Numbered from the stretch's first letter, positions 1 through 9,605 are shown. The stretch: DNA of 64,000 nucleotides from an uncultured cyanobacterium (GCA_963793265.1 CAWBZI010000005.1:64001-128000), one strand, 5' to 3'. Numbers and translations: made by a program. The notes: generated by a model from the sequence alone, not told the origin.

Positions 1-2
1 TT

Positions 3-491
3 CGCTACACAGAATCAGGCCGTATTGATATCTACGTGCGCACGGTAAAAGCAGGCGCACCACCGACGACTTCTTGCGAGCTACCAGATGAGGAACCCGA
101 CGATTTTTTATATGCAACCGATGAGGCTACGCCGAATCTTTGGGCGCAAAGGCGGCGCGAGCAGGCCGCGAGCCTAGCGGTTTGTGCTGAGTCGGAAGAG
201 GTGATGGGCGATCGCGTTGAAATTCAGGTCACCGACACCGGGCTAGGCATTGACGTCAAAGAACAGGGCCGCATCTTTGAGCCCTACTACCAAGGGCGCG
301 CCGGTCGGTGCTCGTCAGATAGCACAGGCTTGGGGCTTGCCATCACCCATCAGATGGTAAAACTACTTCAGGGCAGCATTCACCTGAAGTCTGAGCCGGA
401 TATCGGCTCAACGTTTACGATTACCCTGCCCATGCGCTATCAGACCCAGGAGGAGATAGCAGCAGACAGTCCACAGCAAGTTCATGTGTGA
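3..491 (+). CDS. Sensor histidine kinase, C-terminal HATPase domain (5'-truncated by window edge)
   Basis: Frame is open from the edge (RYTESGRIDI, end of N box); G1 box DTGLGI, F box IFEPY, G2 box GLGLAI, GSTFTITLP. Confidence 0.9.
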   Translation, partial: RYTESGRIDIYVRTVKAGAPPTTSCELPDEEPDDFLYATDEATPNLWAQRRREQAASLAVCAESEEVMGDRVEIQVTDTGLGIDVKEQGRIFEPYYQGRAGRCSSDSTGLGLAITHQMVKLLQGSIHLKSEPDIGSTFTITLPMRYQTQEEIAADSPQQVHV

Positions 492-524
492 GCCCTCACA
501 ACCAGGCGACAAAACCGAAAACTT

Positions 525-1298
525 ATGACCTCTCCTCAGCTCATCGCGTTTGATTTTGATGGCGTTATCTGTGATGGCTTAATCGAATATTTTCAGACAG
601 CCTGGCAGGCGTATTGCGAGGTTTTTCAGCCTGAAGATTGTGAGCCTCCGCAGGGTTTAGCCGAAAAGTTCTACCCGCTACGGCCCGTGGTTGAAACCGG
701 GTGGGAAATGCCCGTGCTGATTCGCGCACTGGTGCAGGGTGCAAGTGAGCAAAAGATTTTGGCACAGTGGCCTGAGATGGCGCTGCCTTATTTGGAGGCG
801 GCGGGTGTGAGTAAGGCGCAGTCGGTGCAGGCGTTGGATGGGGTGCGCGATCGCCAAATTAAAACAGACCTGCAAAGCTGGCTAAATCTACACCGTTTTT
901 ATCCTGGCATGATCGAGAAAGTGGGTAAACTGTTGCAGAGCGATTTACCCATATACGTTGTCAGCACTAAAGAAGGAAGATTTATCAAAGCGCTGCTAAG
1001 TCAAAGCGGCCTTGATTTCCCAGAAGAGAGAATTATTGGGAAAGAAGTAAAGCAGCCTAAATATGAAACGTTGCGCCTGCTGAGAAAAGAACATTCTGTT
1101 GAAGATATTTGGTTTGTTGAAGACCGCCTGCCTGCGCTCAACGATGTTAAGGCTCAAGATGATTTAGCAAACGTGCAGTTATTTTTAGCAGACTGGGGCT
1201 ATAACTTAGCAGCAGACCGCGAGCAGGCAAGACAAGATCTTCGAATTCATTTACTATCATTAGAGCAAGTAGTACAAAAGTTCGATAGCTGGCAGTGA
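525..1298 (+). CDS. HAD-superfamily hydrolase
   Basis: Motif I FDFDGVICD; WFVEDR. Confidence 0.85.
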   Translation: MTSPQLIAFDFDGVICDGLIEYFQTAWQAYCEVFQPEDCEPPQGLAEKFYPLRPVVETGWEMPVLIRALVQGASEQKILAQWPEMALPYLEAAGVSKAQSVQALDGVRDRQIKTDLQSWLNLHRFYPGMIEKVGKLLQSDLPIYVVSTKEGRFIKALLSQSGLDFPEERIIGKEVKQPKYETLRLLRKEHSVEDIWFVEDRLPALNDVKAQDDLANVQLFLADWGYNLAADREQARQDLRIHLLSLEQVVQKFDSWQ

Positions 1299-1316
1299 TG
1301 TTGCCGGTAAAAAACC

Positions 1317-2504
1317 ATGCTCGATTTGACCAAGCTGGCCCGGCAAATGAAAGGTATCAGCGATCACCTCAGCAAAGAGGCAGATGCTGCTCGTCGTCGC
1401 GTTGAGATTGTTGGAGGGCTGATGAATCGGGCGATCGCTCGGCAGGATGTCATGGTCAGTCAGCTAGAGGAGTATCGCGATCACCTCCTATTTGCCGCCG
1501 CCGAACCCATCGAACCACTCGACACTAAAATCGCACTCGACACCGCCCCTGTTGCCCACTCAGTCATCTCCTCCGACGGCTCCCAAATCTCTCCTAGTCA
1601 CCACGAAATCGCCTACTGCTATCTGCTCAACATCAGCCGCATAGTTATTCACTACGGCCAAAGCCGCCACCCCCTCCTCGACAGCCTTCCCGAAGTCATC
1701 TACCGCCCCGAAGACCTCTACGCCTCGCGCAAATGGGGCATTCGCACCGAAGAGTGGATGAGCTACAAGCGCACTGCCGCTGAAGCCATCATGCTCAGCA
1801 ACTTAGGCAAAGAGGCCGCCAGCACGCAAGACTCAGACGTACCGATTTTAGCCATGACCGATGGCCCTTTGATCTATTGGTTTTTAGAGCAGATCCCAGT
1901 CAAAGCGCGCGACGAAATACTGCTGCCTATACTCGAAGCATGGGAGCAAATGCGCCAGGCCCGCGTGCCAGTAATAGGATACATTAGCGCCTCTCGCAGC
2001 GGTGAAGCCCTAAACTTTCTGCGCTTGCAGGCTTGCCCTTTTGATACGCCAAACTGCATGTCAAACTGCGAGCACCAGCGCAACGAAACGCCCTGCAATT
2101 CCTTTGCACCGCTGCGAGATGTCACGCTCTGGGCAACTGCTTTGAACCCTGGGGAGCGGGGGCCGCTATGGAAAAGTCCGGCAGATATTTTGAGCTGCTA
2201 TGGCGAACATACGGTGTACTTTTGCTATGTGCATGTCGGTGCTGAGATCGCGCGGATTGAGCTGCCCGAGTGGGTAGTAGAAGATAGTGAGCTGCTGAAT
2301 ACGGCGCTGAGTTTGATGCTAGCGCAGGTGCAGAAAGGGTTTGGCTATCCGGTGGCGCTAGCAGAAGCGCACAATCAGGCTGTGGTGAGAGGGGGCGATC
2401 GCACTCAATTTTTTGCTCTGTTAGAGCAGCAGATGATCCGTGCTGGACTCAAGAATGTCGGCACTTCATTTAAGGAAGCTCGCAAGCGAGGTAGCATTGC
2501 GTAG
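1317..2504 (+). CDS. nurA: NurA-family nuclease
   Basis: SDGSQI, DGPL and GYPVALAEAHNQAV motifs typical of NurA domains. Confidence 0.8.
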   Translation: MLDLTKLARQMKGISDHLSKEADAARRRVEIVGGLMNRAIARQDVMVSQLEEYRDHLLFAAAEPIEPLDTKIALDTAPVAHSVISSDGSQISPSHHEIAYCYLLNISRIVIHYGQSRHPLLDSLPEVIYRPEDLYASRKWGIRTEEWMSYKRTAAEAIMLSNLGKEAASTQDSDVPILAMTDGPLIYWFLEQIPVKARDEILLPILEAWEQMRQARVPVIGYISASRSGEALNFLRLQACPFDTPNCMSNCEHQRNETPCNSFAPLRDVTLWATALNPGERGPLWKSPADILSCYGEHTVYFCYVHVGAEIARIELPEWVVEDSELLNTALSLMLAQVQKGFGYPVALAEAHNQAVVRGGDRTQFFALLEQQMIRAGLKNVGTSFKEARKRGSIA

Positions 2505-2680
2505 CGGCGTAACCGTACAATCAAAATTTATTGATTGTTTTGCATTCGTTTAAAGGTTTCGTAGAGAACCTACGCAATTTTCAGATTCGCGACAATATTT
2601 CAGTAGAAGAAAGAATGGAGTTCAAAAGATCTCTATCTTCTTCGTAGCCGGGATGCCGCTGTGCAAGCCGGATTGTTGCC

Positions 2681-4474
2681 ATGTCAAATCCAAACTTGCT
2701 GCCGAATGATATCAAAGAGATTGGCTTTATCATTGCCTGGCTAGGTGGCATTGTTGCTCTAGTAATTGCGTACCTATCATCCGAGAATAGCAGGTCACCT
2801 GACCGGCTACCTAACCGGCCGTCTAATTACAGAGCGCAAAGCAAAAAGCTTTCAAACGATCCGAAAGAATATCTCATAGATAGCAAAAGCCTGACTCTCG
2901 GACTCTCTATCCTGATTCCGTTTGCGCTTGGGTATGTTTTTTTGTTGATGTACAAGCAGGACTTCATCGGCTTTGATAGCAGCACGCTTACCTTTTATTC
3001 GGTGAGAGGCACCGCCCACCCAATGCCAATTTGGGGACGGCTCGCTCGCTTCTGGCCTTTAGGACACCAGGAGTTCAATATTCTAGGTCATTTTAGCCCT
3101 ATGCCCTTTGCCTATCATCTGTTTTCGGCACTACAGGTTTTAAGCGCGATCGCCTTCACCTTGCTAATTCTCACAAGAGTCGGGTTCATTGCCAGAGCGC
3201 TCATCATCGCCGTCACGATGATTCACCCCAACATTGTTGAAGTCTTTTTTGGGCTTGTCTATCCAGAGCGAAACATGCTCTTTTGGCTCCCTATCTTTGT
3301 ATTCTTCCTGCAAAAGTTCAGCCAAAAAGAATCGCTATGGTCGTACTGCGGCGTTTTAATATCGGCTCAGTTCATCATTTATTACAAAGAGCCTGCCTTC
3401 CTAATCCCAGGTAGCTTCGCGTTGATATACTTTCTCACTCAGATTGCTCACCGAAGAGGGCTTTGGCAACGGCGAGGAACTACAGCTATTAGCAGACGTG
3501 GGTGGCTATACGTTTCAATGGCGCTTTTACCAGTGTTGTATTTGTTGCTTTATGCGATCGCCGTCATCCCAAACATTGAAGCCTCCTATACAGACAACAA
3601 AAACGTCGGCTTCACAGCGCTCTCAACTTTCCTCGCATATGTGCAAGCCGACGCCATTCTGCCAGTTTTCCTACTGTTTTTCACCGCTAGAATGCTCTAC
3701 TGCGTGCTCATCAAAAAACAGATAGACTGGATTTGGGATTCGCTAGCAGCAGGCGCATTTCTATACTTTTGGGCCTACATCGCGCTTAACCTTTTTAAGC
3801 CGTATTATATGGCCCCAGTAGATTTTATTGCCGGACTGTATTTGGGTCAGTTGGCTTTTGAGTATGTCAGACAAAAGCGTTCTTGGGTTGCGATCGCCTC
3901 GCTCGCCTGCTTCTACACCCTCGCTGTCAGCTACAGCACCCACGCCAGCGCCTACCAAATTCTTCAAGAAAAAAAGCTCACCGACAGTCAAACCCAGCTC
4001 ATCGGCTACCTCCAACAATACGTTCAAACCCACGCCGACCAAGAAGAAATCAGGCTATTTCTAGCCAACTCCACTGGCTACAAAGCCATGGAATTCTCCG
4101 TTCTATTAGATTACAAAGGCTTCAAACTCTCACCCAAAAAGTTCTATCAAAACAACGAATTTTCCCAGACCTCAGCCACTTTAGCCATCGACATTCCCGA
4201 ACAGCCAGAAAACAACAGATGCATCAGCTACCGGCCCTACGAATGCCACTATGCAACGTCCACAGCTCCTGACGGTTTAGCTATCTTTCTCACCAGCTAC
4301 GGCGGCTATGTCGATGCTGAAGCGGTCGACAAGTTTGGAGAAAACGCCAACCTCTTGTTTCACTATCAGCCCACCTACTCTCCTGTCGAGAAAGTTCTAT
4401 TGCATCTATCACAGCTACACGACAAACCCGAAGCCTGGATGAACGTGTATGTGTTTCAAGCCCAAAAGATGTAA
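2681..4474 (+). CDS. Multi-pass membrane protein, possible GT-C-type glycosyltransferase
   Basis: About 11-12 hydrophobic segments, RFWPLGHQEFN loop, YYKEP motif, soluble C-terminal domain. Confidence 0.5.
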   Translation: MSNPNLLPNDIKEIGFIIAWLGGIVALVIAYLSSENSRSPDRLPNRPSNYRAQSKKLSNDPKEYLIDSKSLTLGLSILIPFALGYVFLLMYKQDFIGFDSSTLTFYSVRGTAHPMPIWGRLARFWPLGHQEFNILGHFSPMPFAYHLFSALQVLSAIAFTLLILTRVGFIARALIIAVTMIHPNIVEVFFGLVYPERNMLFWLPIFVFFLQKFSQKESLWSYCGVLISAQFIIYYKEPAFLIPGSFALIYFLTQIAHRRGLWQRRGTTAISRRGWLYVSMALLPVLYLLLYAIAVIPNIEASYTDNKNVGFTALSTFLAYVQADAILPVFLLFFTARMLYCVLIKKQIDWIWDSLAAGAFLYFWAYIALNLFKPYYMAPVDFIAGLYLGQLAFEYVRQKRSWVAIASLACFYTLAVSYSTHASAYQILQEKKLTDSQTQLIGYLQQYVQTHADQEEIRLFLANSTGYKAMEFSVLLDYKGFKLSPKKFYQNNEFSQTSATLAIDIPEQPENNRCISYRPYECHYATSTAPDGLAIFLTSYGGYVDAEAVDKFGENANLLFHYQPTYSPVEKVLLHLSQLHDKPEAWMNVYVFQAQKM

Positions 4475-4522
4475 AGCCTACTGAATATGACTCAGATTCA
4501 TAGTTCTTGTACTCACAGAGAA

Positions 4523-4879
4523 CTAATCAATAGAAGCAATTTTTGAGACTTCCTTCTCAGCCGCCACCATCAGCGTTTCGTCTATCCAGGCATTTAAGCT
4601 TTTGCCCTGGTTTTTAGCAACCATAAAGATTTTTCGATGGCGCTCAGGTGTTGTTCTAAAAGCCAACTTTCCAGAAAAAGGTTTGTTTGCTTTTCGCCCC
4701 AGCTCATGACAAAAGTCGAGATAGTCATCTACCGAATCACGAAAAGCCTGCTTTACTTCAGCGACTGTCTCACCTTCAAAAGTAATTACATCACGAATAT
4801 CTAGGACTTCTCCAGCTAAAATATCGGCATCACCATCGATGAGGACTTCGCCAGTGTAGCCCTTGTAAGAAAAGATCAT
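4523..4879 (-). CDS. hicB: Type II TA antitoxin, HicB family
   Basis: YKGYTG...DVITFEG...FRDSVDDYLDFC, with a C-terminal RHH-like GKSLNAWI. Confidence 0.9.
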   Translation of the reverse strand: MIFSYKGYTGEVLIDGDADILAGEVLDIRDVITFEGETVAEVKQAFRDSVDDYLDFCHELGRKANKPFSGKLAFRTTPERHRKIFMVAKNQGKSLNAWIDETLMVAAEKEVSKIASID

Positions 4880-4933
4880 GCGTTAGTTTTTATCTTTAAT
4901 GTGGTTTGATTTGGTTTCATAAGTATACCACAT

Positions 4934-4954
4934 TGATATCTTAAAGTGATATCA
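4934..4954. promoter_or_regulatory. Inverted repeat TGATATC-N7-GATATCA, putative HicB operator
   Basis: Perfect 7-bp inverted repeat 55 bp upstream of hicB; related site at 5054-5072. Confidence 0.55.
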
Positions 4955-5053
4955 GATATTGACTCAACTATTTTGACTGTCATAAGCCAACGTATATTGC
5001 TATATTCATTGGCTTTCAGTACACTACGCGCAGTTAGGCACGACATCAATAAA

Positions 5054-5072
5054 GATATCGTTTTGTGATACT
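5054..5072. promoter_or_regulatory. GATATC-N7-GATACT, putative second operator upstream of hicA
   Basis: Same half-site and 7-nt spacing as 4935-4953. Confidence 0.45.
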
Positions 5073-5113
5073 ATAAGAGCCTGAAAATATCAAGATGGCC
5101 CATAAAAAGCTAC

Positions 5114-5371
5114 GTGAACAGAAAAAGCAAGAAGACGCTACAGGCCATTTTTGAGCGCCCAACCCGTTCGGACGTAGTTTGGTCAGATATAGAGAAATTG
5201 TTTCGAGTATTAGGCGCGGATGTCTCAGAGGGTAGAGGGTCAAGAGTGCGCGTTCTTCTAAATGATGAAATTGCGGTGTTTCATCGTCCTCATCCTAAAA
5301 GAGCTGCTAGCAAAGCGTGTCTTGGTAGCGTCAAAAGATTCTTGCAAAATGCTGGAGTTGAGGAGCTGTAA
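5114..5371 (+). CDS. hicA: Type II TA toxin, HicA family
   Basis: WSDIEKLF...GRGSRVRV...FHRPHP; GTG start. Confidence 0.9.
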   Translation: MNRKSKKTLQAIFERPTRSDVVWSDIEKLFRVLGADVSEGRGSRVRVLLNDEIAVFHRPHPKRAASKACLGSVKRFLQNAGVEEL

Positions 5372-5381
5372 ATCGATTGCG

Positions 5382-6851
5382 TTATAGTTTGCTTCGCTGG
5401 TTTAGCGCTTGATGAATATGGTTTAGCGTAATGGTCTTTGCATTTTTCGACTGCGCGATCGCCAACGCCTCCTTAGCAATATCCTGAATCTCTCCTCCCG
5501 ACAGCTTCACCTGCTTCGCCACCTCCACCCAGTCGATTTTAGAGCTACAGCTAATGCCTGAAAATGCCTGTCGCCAAAGAATTGTGCGGGCTGCTCTATG
5601 GGGAGACGGGAGCGTTGCGATCGCATCCATCTGCTGCCGCCAATGAGCCTTAACCGTGTGCAAATATCGCGTACTCAGAAGCGTTAATCCTGGCGAAGAC
5701 TGGCGCTGCTGTAGCCACTGAGTAAGCTGAGCTTTGGGCATAGGGCTACTGCGCCCAAACCAAATAGACGCCGAGCGCACTAACAGCACCGGGTAGCGAG
5801 TGGAATCAAGAGAAGCTAGTACCGCTTCCCAATGCTCAGGGTAAACCTGCTTGAGATCTAAAATGCAAAGGGGCTGACGAGTAGAGGTCGCCATCGCACC
5901 GGCTGCGGTTGTTTTACCTGTACCGGCATCACCCACTATCAGCGCGGTGATTCCCTTTTGCGCGGGCGCGATGCTGGCATCATTCGATTGCGGCAGTCCA
6001 GAAAAACGAGTTAGCAGTTCAGTGGAAGCCTGTTGAGCCAAGATCTGAAGCTGCGAGAGTAGGGGCGCTGGCAAAATCAACTTGTCCCAGGCAATTTGAG
6101 GCTGGGTAATTTTGACCGCTCGCGTGGCGGGAGTGGGTTCAGGGAGAGCCAGTACGGGCTCCGATGGTGTCGCGAGCTGCTTAAAAAGCACGTGCTGATC
6201 GGGTACTTCAGAGAGTAGATAGTCAACCCAATCGTCATTGAGCTGTAGGTAGCTGCTGAGCCGAGTGGTCGGGCGAGAGGTGACGTAGCGCAGAATGTGC
6301 TTGTCGATGAGGGAGTCGGGGGCGGTGAGTTTGGCCCGAGCCCGCCTGCGGTCTAGGTCGTTGCGGCAGAGCAGGCGCAAAGCCAAATCGACAGTGGGCA
6401 GGTCTGAAGCACTTTGGCTGTCTTCGCCAGTTTGTAGATAGTGATAAAGCCTGCCATATCGGCGGTTCACCTCTGGCGCTAGCACCATCAGCAGCAGGTT
6501 TTTCTCGAATAGCGTGAGATTTAGGTAGTGACGCAGTGAGGGTAGGGCCAATACCGTTTCGGCTTGAGCGCTCGCCTGAATGCGGTTTTCGAGCTGCTGC
6601 TGGTAGCCGATGGACTTGCACTTGGGCTTAACGGTGACTCGGGCGTCGTCGTAGTTGGGATTGCTCACCGAAATCACGCCTTTCCACCAGTGCGCACTCA
6701 CTTTGTCGGCCTTGGTTGTAGCGACTTTGTTGATGGCCTTAGTTTCTTTACGCTGACGGGCCACCGCTAGCATTAGTAGCCGATCCAACCAGGCCAGCTC
6801 TGTTTTTAAATACGCCCAGTTATCGGCAAACGGCATTGAGTCAGCACCCAT
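5382..6851 (-). CDS. AAA+ ATPase-like protein with degenerate Walker B
   Basis: Walker A GDAGTGKT; LPTVDLALRLL and LSGGEI motifs; Walker B position reads VLLVRSA. Confidence 0.75.
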   Translation of the reverse strand: MGADSMPFADNWAYLKTELAWLDRLLMLAVARQRKETKAINKVATTKADKVSAHWWKGVISVSNPNYDDARVTVKPKCKSIGYQQQLENRIQASAQAETVLALPSLRHYLNLTLFEKNLLLMVLAPEVNRRYGRLYHYLQTGEDSQSASDLPTVDLALRLLCRNDLDRRRARAKLTAPDSLIDKHILRYVTSRPTTRLSSYLQLNDDWVDYLLSEVPDQHVLFKQLATPSEPVLALPEPTPATRAVKITQPQIAWDKLILPAPLLSQLQILAQQASTELLTRFSGLPQSNDASIAPAQKGITALIVGDAGTGKTTAAGAMATSTRQPLCILDLKQVYPEHWEAVLASLDSTRYPVLLVRSASIWFGRSSPMPKAQLTQWLQQRQSSPGLTLLSTRYLHTVKAHWRQQMDAIATLPSPHRAARTILWRQAFSGISCSSKIDWVEVAKQVKLSGGEIQDIAKEALAIAQSKNAKTITLNHIHQALNQRSKL

Positions 6852-6856
6852 TTTAT

Positions 6857-7276
6857 TTATGTAACTCCCATCCGCCGGATAAATTCTAAAGGTAGGCCAT
6901 CGGTATCCGCTAAAAAAGCCACTTCGTATAGTTCATCGCCAATTTGCTGCTGCTGTGGCTCTAGCAAAACGCTAACGCTGCCACCCGCCTCTTCAGCATT
7001 TTTACGCAGGTTAGCAAGCCAAATCGGTAAGCTTTCGATGCGATCGCTCAAATCAAAAGATAAGTGATAGTAGCCCGTGTAGTGCTCATCAGCAAACGCA
7101 TCGATAGCAGGCCGAGGCTCAGGCACCTGCATCAGCTCAATTCGCCCCCCCAGACCTTCCATCCAACAGGCCAGCGTAATCCCGGCGGTAAAGCGAGTGG
7201 TTACCGCAAAGCCAAGCTGCTCATAGAAAGCGATCGCCCGGTGAATATCAGCAGTTTTGATTGAGGCGTGGTGCAT
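6857..7276 (-). CDS. VOC/glyoxalase family protein
   Basis: HHASI...FYEQLGF...IELM...HLSF...DTDGLPLEF. Confidence 0.9.
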   Translation of the reverse strand: MHHASIKTADIHRAIAFYEQLGFAVTTRFTAGITLACWMEGLGGRIELMQVPEPRPAIDAFADEHYTGYYHLSFDLSDRIESLPIWLANLRKNAEEAGGSVSVLLEPQQQQIGDELYEVAFLADTDGLPLEFIRRMGVT

Positions 7277-7463
7277 AGTCCTAGCAAATCAGCAGACACT
7301 ATTGAGGTGCGGCCATAGTAGTTTTAGACAGTGCTGATGGCCACTTGGGTTCTCAGCTACACCTGTCGAAAACAGTAACTTTAATTAAACGTCAATTTTT
7401 GCACGACGACTTAAAAGCATGGAACTTGTAATCTATAACAGCCAGTACCAACGTCAAGACTCA

Positions 7464-7982
7464 CTATTCAAAGATCTTGAGGTATCTATATTGAGTCGGA
7501 ACGCCGGGTTCTTTGTCCAAATCAAAGTTAATCACGGCCCAACGCGGATCATCCGAGGCGCGATCGCTGAACGAAACCGGCAACCCGTAAAGCTTAGGAA
7601 CTTTCTCGCCCCCCTTGTCCTGCCAGGGCGCACCATGCTCTAAGTAGGGAATCATCAGCGTTTCGTAGCGCTCAGCAATAATCACCCGAGTCGCCCGAAA
7701 GCCTTGGGTATAGAGCCGATCTAATTCTTCATGAATTTCAAAACGAATGCCGTCAGGGTGAGTGTGCTGCCGGTACCATATGTCTTCCCACCGCTGCCAG
7801 TGGCGGCCCGACTGCACGTGCACCAGCTCTTGAGTTTCGGGGTTGGCCTCAAAGGCACCGTGCCGCGAGCACAAATAGCTGTCGGTTAGCAACAGCGCGG
7901 GGATCGTTTGGCGGCAGTGAGGGCACTGCACTTCGGGGCCGTATATGGGATATTGAGAGGCAGAGCCAAGCATCCTAACCAT
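7464..7982 (-). CDS. Conserved cyanobacterial protein (TIGR02652-like, CxxC...CxxH)
   Basis: CPHCRQTIPAL, CSRHGAFEA, RQHTHPDGIRFEIHE. Confidence 0.8.
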   Translation of the reverse strand: MVRMLGSASQYPIYGPEVQCPHCRQTIPALLLTDSYLCSRHGAFEANPETQELVHVQSGRHWQRWEDIWYRQHTHPDGIRFEIHEELDRLYTQGFRATRVIIAERYETLMIPYLEHGAPWQDKGGEKVPKLYGLPVSFSDRASDDPRWAVINFDLDKEPGVPTQYRYLKIFE

Positions 7983-8071
7983 TCGTTTTTGACGTATCTA
8001 TTATATCTTTTGAGCCTCTAAGAGACTGTCTTCCTGTGAGTTCATCTTCTAATCATTCGCCTGCTAACCCT

Positions 8072-8647
8072 ATGTCTGATAATCACGCGGCTGACGCTCA
8101 TGGCAATTACCCGAAGCCACTGCTAACTGCACCTAGCCGGTTTTGGCCCGCGCCCGACATCTCGCAGGCGGCCTTTGTCGCGCCCAATGCAACGGTCATT
8201 GGCCGAGTTGAGCTAGGCGAAGGCGCAAGCGTTTGGTATGGCGCAATTGTGCGTGGCGATGTAGATGTAGTTCGCATTGGCCCGCACAGCAATGTGCAAG
8301 ATGGGGCAGTGCTGCATGGCGATCCCAACCTGCCGACGGTGTTGGAAGACTACGTGACGATTGGGCACAAGGCCGTGATTCATAGCGCCCATATTGAAAG
8401 GGGCTGTTTAATTGGCATTGGCGCGATTATTTTGAATGGGGTTCGAGTCGGGGCCGGTAGCATGGTGGGGGCTGGTTCTGTAGTGACTAAGGATGTGCCT
8501 GCGCGATCGCTCGTTGTCGGCGTACCGGGCAAAGTTTTTCGCCCCCGTTCTGCCGCTGAAGCCGAAGATCTTATAGAACATGCTAAAAAATACGAGCAGC
8601 TAGCGCGAGTCCATGCTGGTAACGGCACAGATCTGGGTTTCGCTTAG
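8072..8647 (+). CDS. Gamma carbonic anhydrase family protein
   Basis: Hexapeptide repeats; RGD, NVQDG, His ligands in LHGD/IGH/IHSA; ATG at 8072 preferred over GTG at 8036. Confidence 0.9.
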   Translation: MSDNHAADAHGNYPKPLLTAPSRFWPAPDISQAAFVAPNATVIGRVELGEGASVWYGAIVRGDVDVVRIGPHSNVQDGAVLHGDPNLPTVLEDYVTIGHKAVIHSAHIERGCLIGIGAIILNGVRVGAGSMVGAGSVVTKDVPARSLVVGVPGKVFRPRSAAEAEDLIEHAKKYEQLARVHAGNGTDLGFA

Positions 8648-8678
8648 CACGCGAGAGACACTCATCAGCTTACTTTTC

Positions 8679-9563
8679 ATGCCAGCCAAATTCTTTCTAC
8701 CAAATACGTCCCTTCAAACCGCGCTCGACCAGATTTTAGAAAACACCTGGGATGCCTTTCCACAGCTCGCCCAAAATCAGATAGCGATTACCTGGATCAC
8801 CTATGAGCCTCCCTACCGAATCAATACAGGCGGTGCTTTAAGTGCTGAAGAATTTTGGCAGTACCAGCCGAAGGGTGCGAGCTATCGAGGCGTTGAGCTA
8901 ACTGAGCCAGCAGGCATAGCGACGTTGTTTTATATGGTGGCGATGCACGTGTGGCTAGAGCAAGGAATGGTACCGCACATGCCAGAAATAGACCGGGCTT
9001 TGGCTGGGATGATAACGCGCAGCAGTGACGATGCGACTAGCTACATTATGGATGTGCTCAGCGGTACGACCAGTGGGCCGGAGCTGCCGTCTGGGCCAAT
9101 GGCGACTTGGGAGCATCAGCGCAATATTGTGAATCGGTATTTTCAGCAGCTTGGCTGGCCGGAGCTGCGATCGCTCAACCTTAATCACAAGACCTGGTGC
9201 GATCGCCCCTACGGCAGAGAAAAAGCCTTCTTAGGCGAAGCGCTAGAAAACCGCAATCTATTGAGCACAGAAGCCACCGCCCGGCTGCTGCACAGCATTA
9301 TCGGCGGCGTCTCGGTTAGCAGCCCTAGATCGCAGCAGATGATGGCGCTGCTAAAAACTGAAGGCACCTCAACTGAAAGGATATGGTCAAAGTCGGCTTT
9401 CTCTGAACGGGTCGGGCATTACGCTGCCTATGTAGAGACAGAAGGTAGTAATCCTTATTTGCTGGTCGTTTTTACTCAAGCAGATAGGGCTCAAAGTGAG
9501 GAGATTGTTGCTTTTGTGAGCGATCGCATCTCAACATTTGCCGCCAAAACGCAAGCGCTATGA
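8679..9563 (+). CDS. Class A beta-lactamase-like/serine hydrolase-fold protein lacking SxxK
   Basis: Family-typical SGTTSGPEL, RNIVNRYF and PYGRE; catalytic site reads PAGIATLFY. Confidence 0.75.
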   Translation: MPAKFFLPNTSLQTALDQILENTWDAFPQLAQNQIAITWITYEPPYRINTGGALSAEEFWQYQPKGASYRGVELTEPAGIATLFYMVAMHVWLEQGMVPHMPEIDRALAGMITRSSDDATSYIMDVLSGTTSGPELPSGPMATWEHQRNIVNRYFQQLGWPELRSLNLNHKTWCDRPYGREKAFLGEALENRNLLSTEATARLLHSIIGGVSVSSPRSQQMMALLKTEGTSTERIWSKSAFSERVGHYAAYVETEGSNPYLLVVFTQADRAQSEEIVAFVSDRISTFAAKTQAL

Positions 9564-9605
9564 TAACGGTACGAGCTATCACTTTTTGCAACACGCGAGG
9601 GCTTT

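Noticed and set aside
2517..2538. Inverted repeat ACAATCAA-N6-TTGATTGT after nurA
   Set aside because: AT-rich and directly after a stop codon; most simply a weak terminator-like hairpin with no further support
5382..6851. Extracellular contractile injection system locus
   Set aside because: No sheath, tube, baseplate or spike genes nearby
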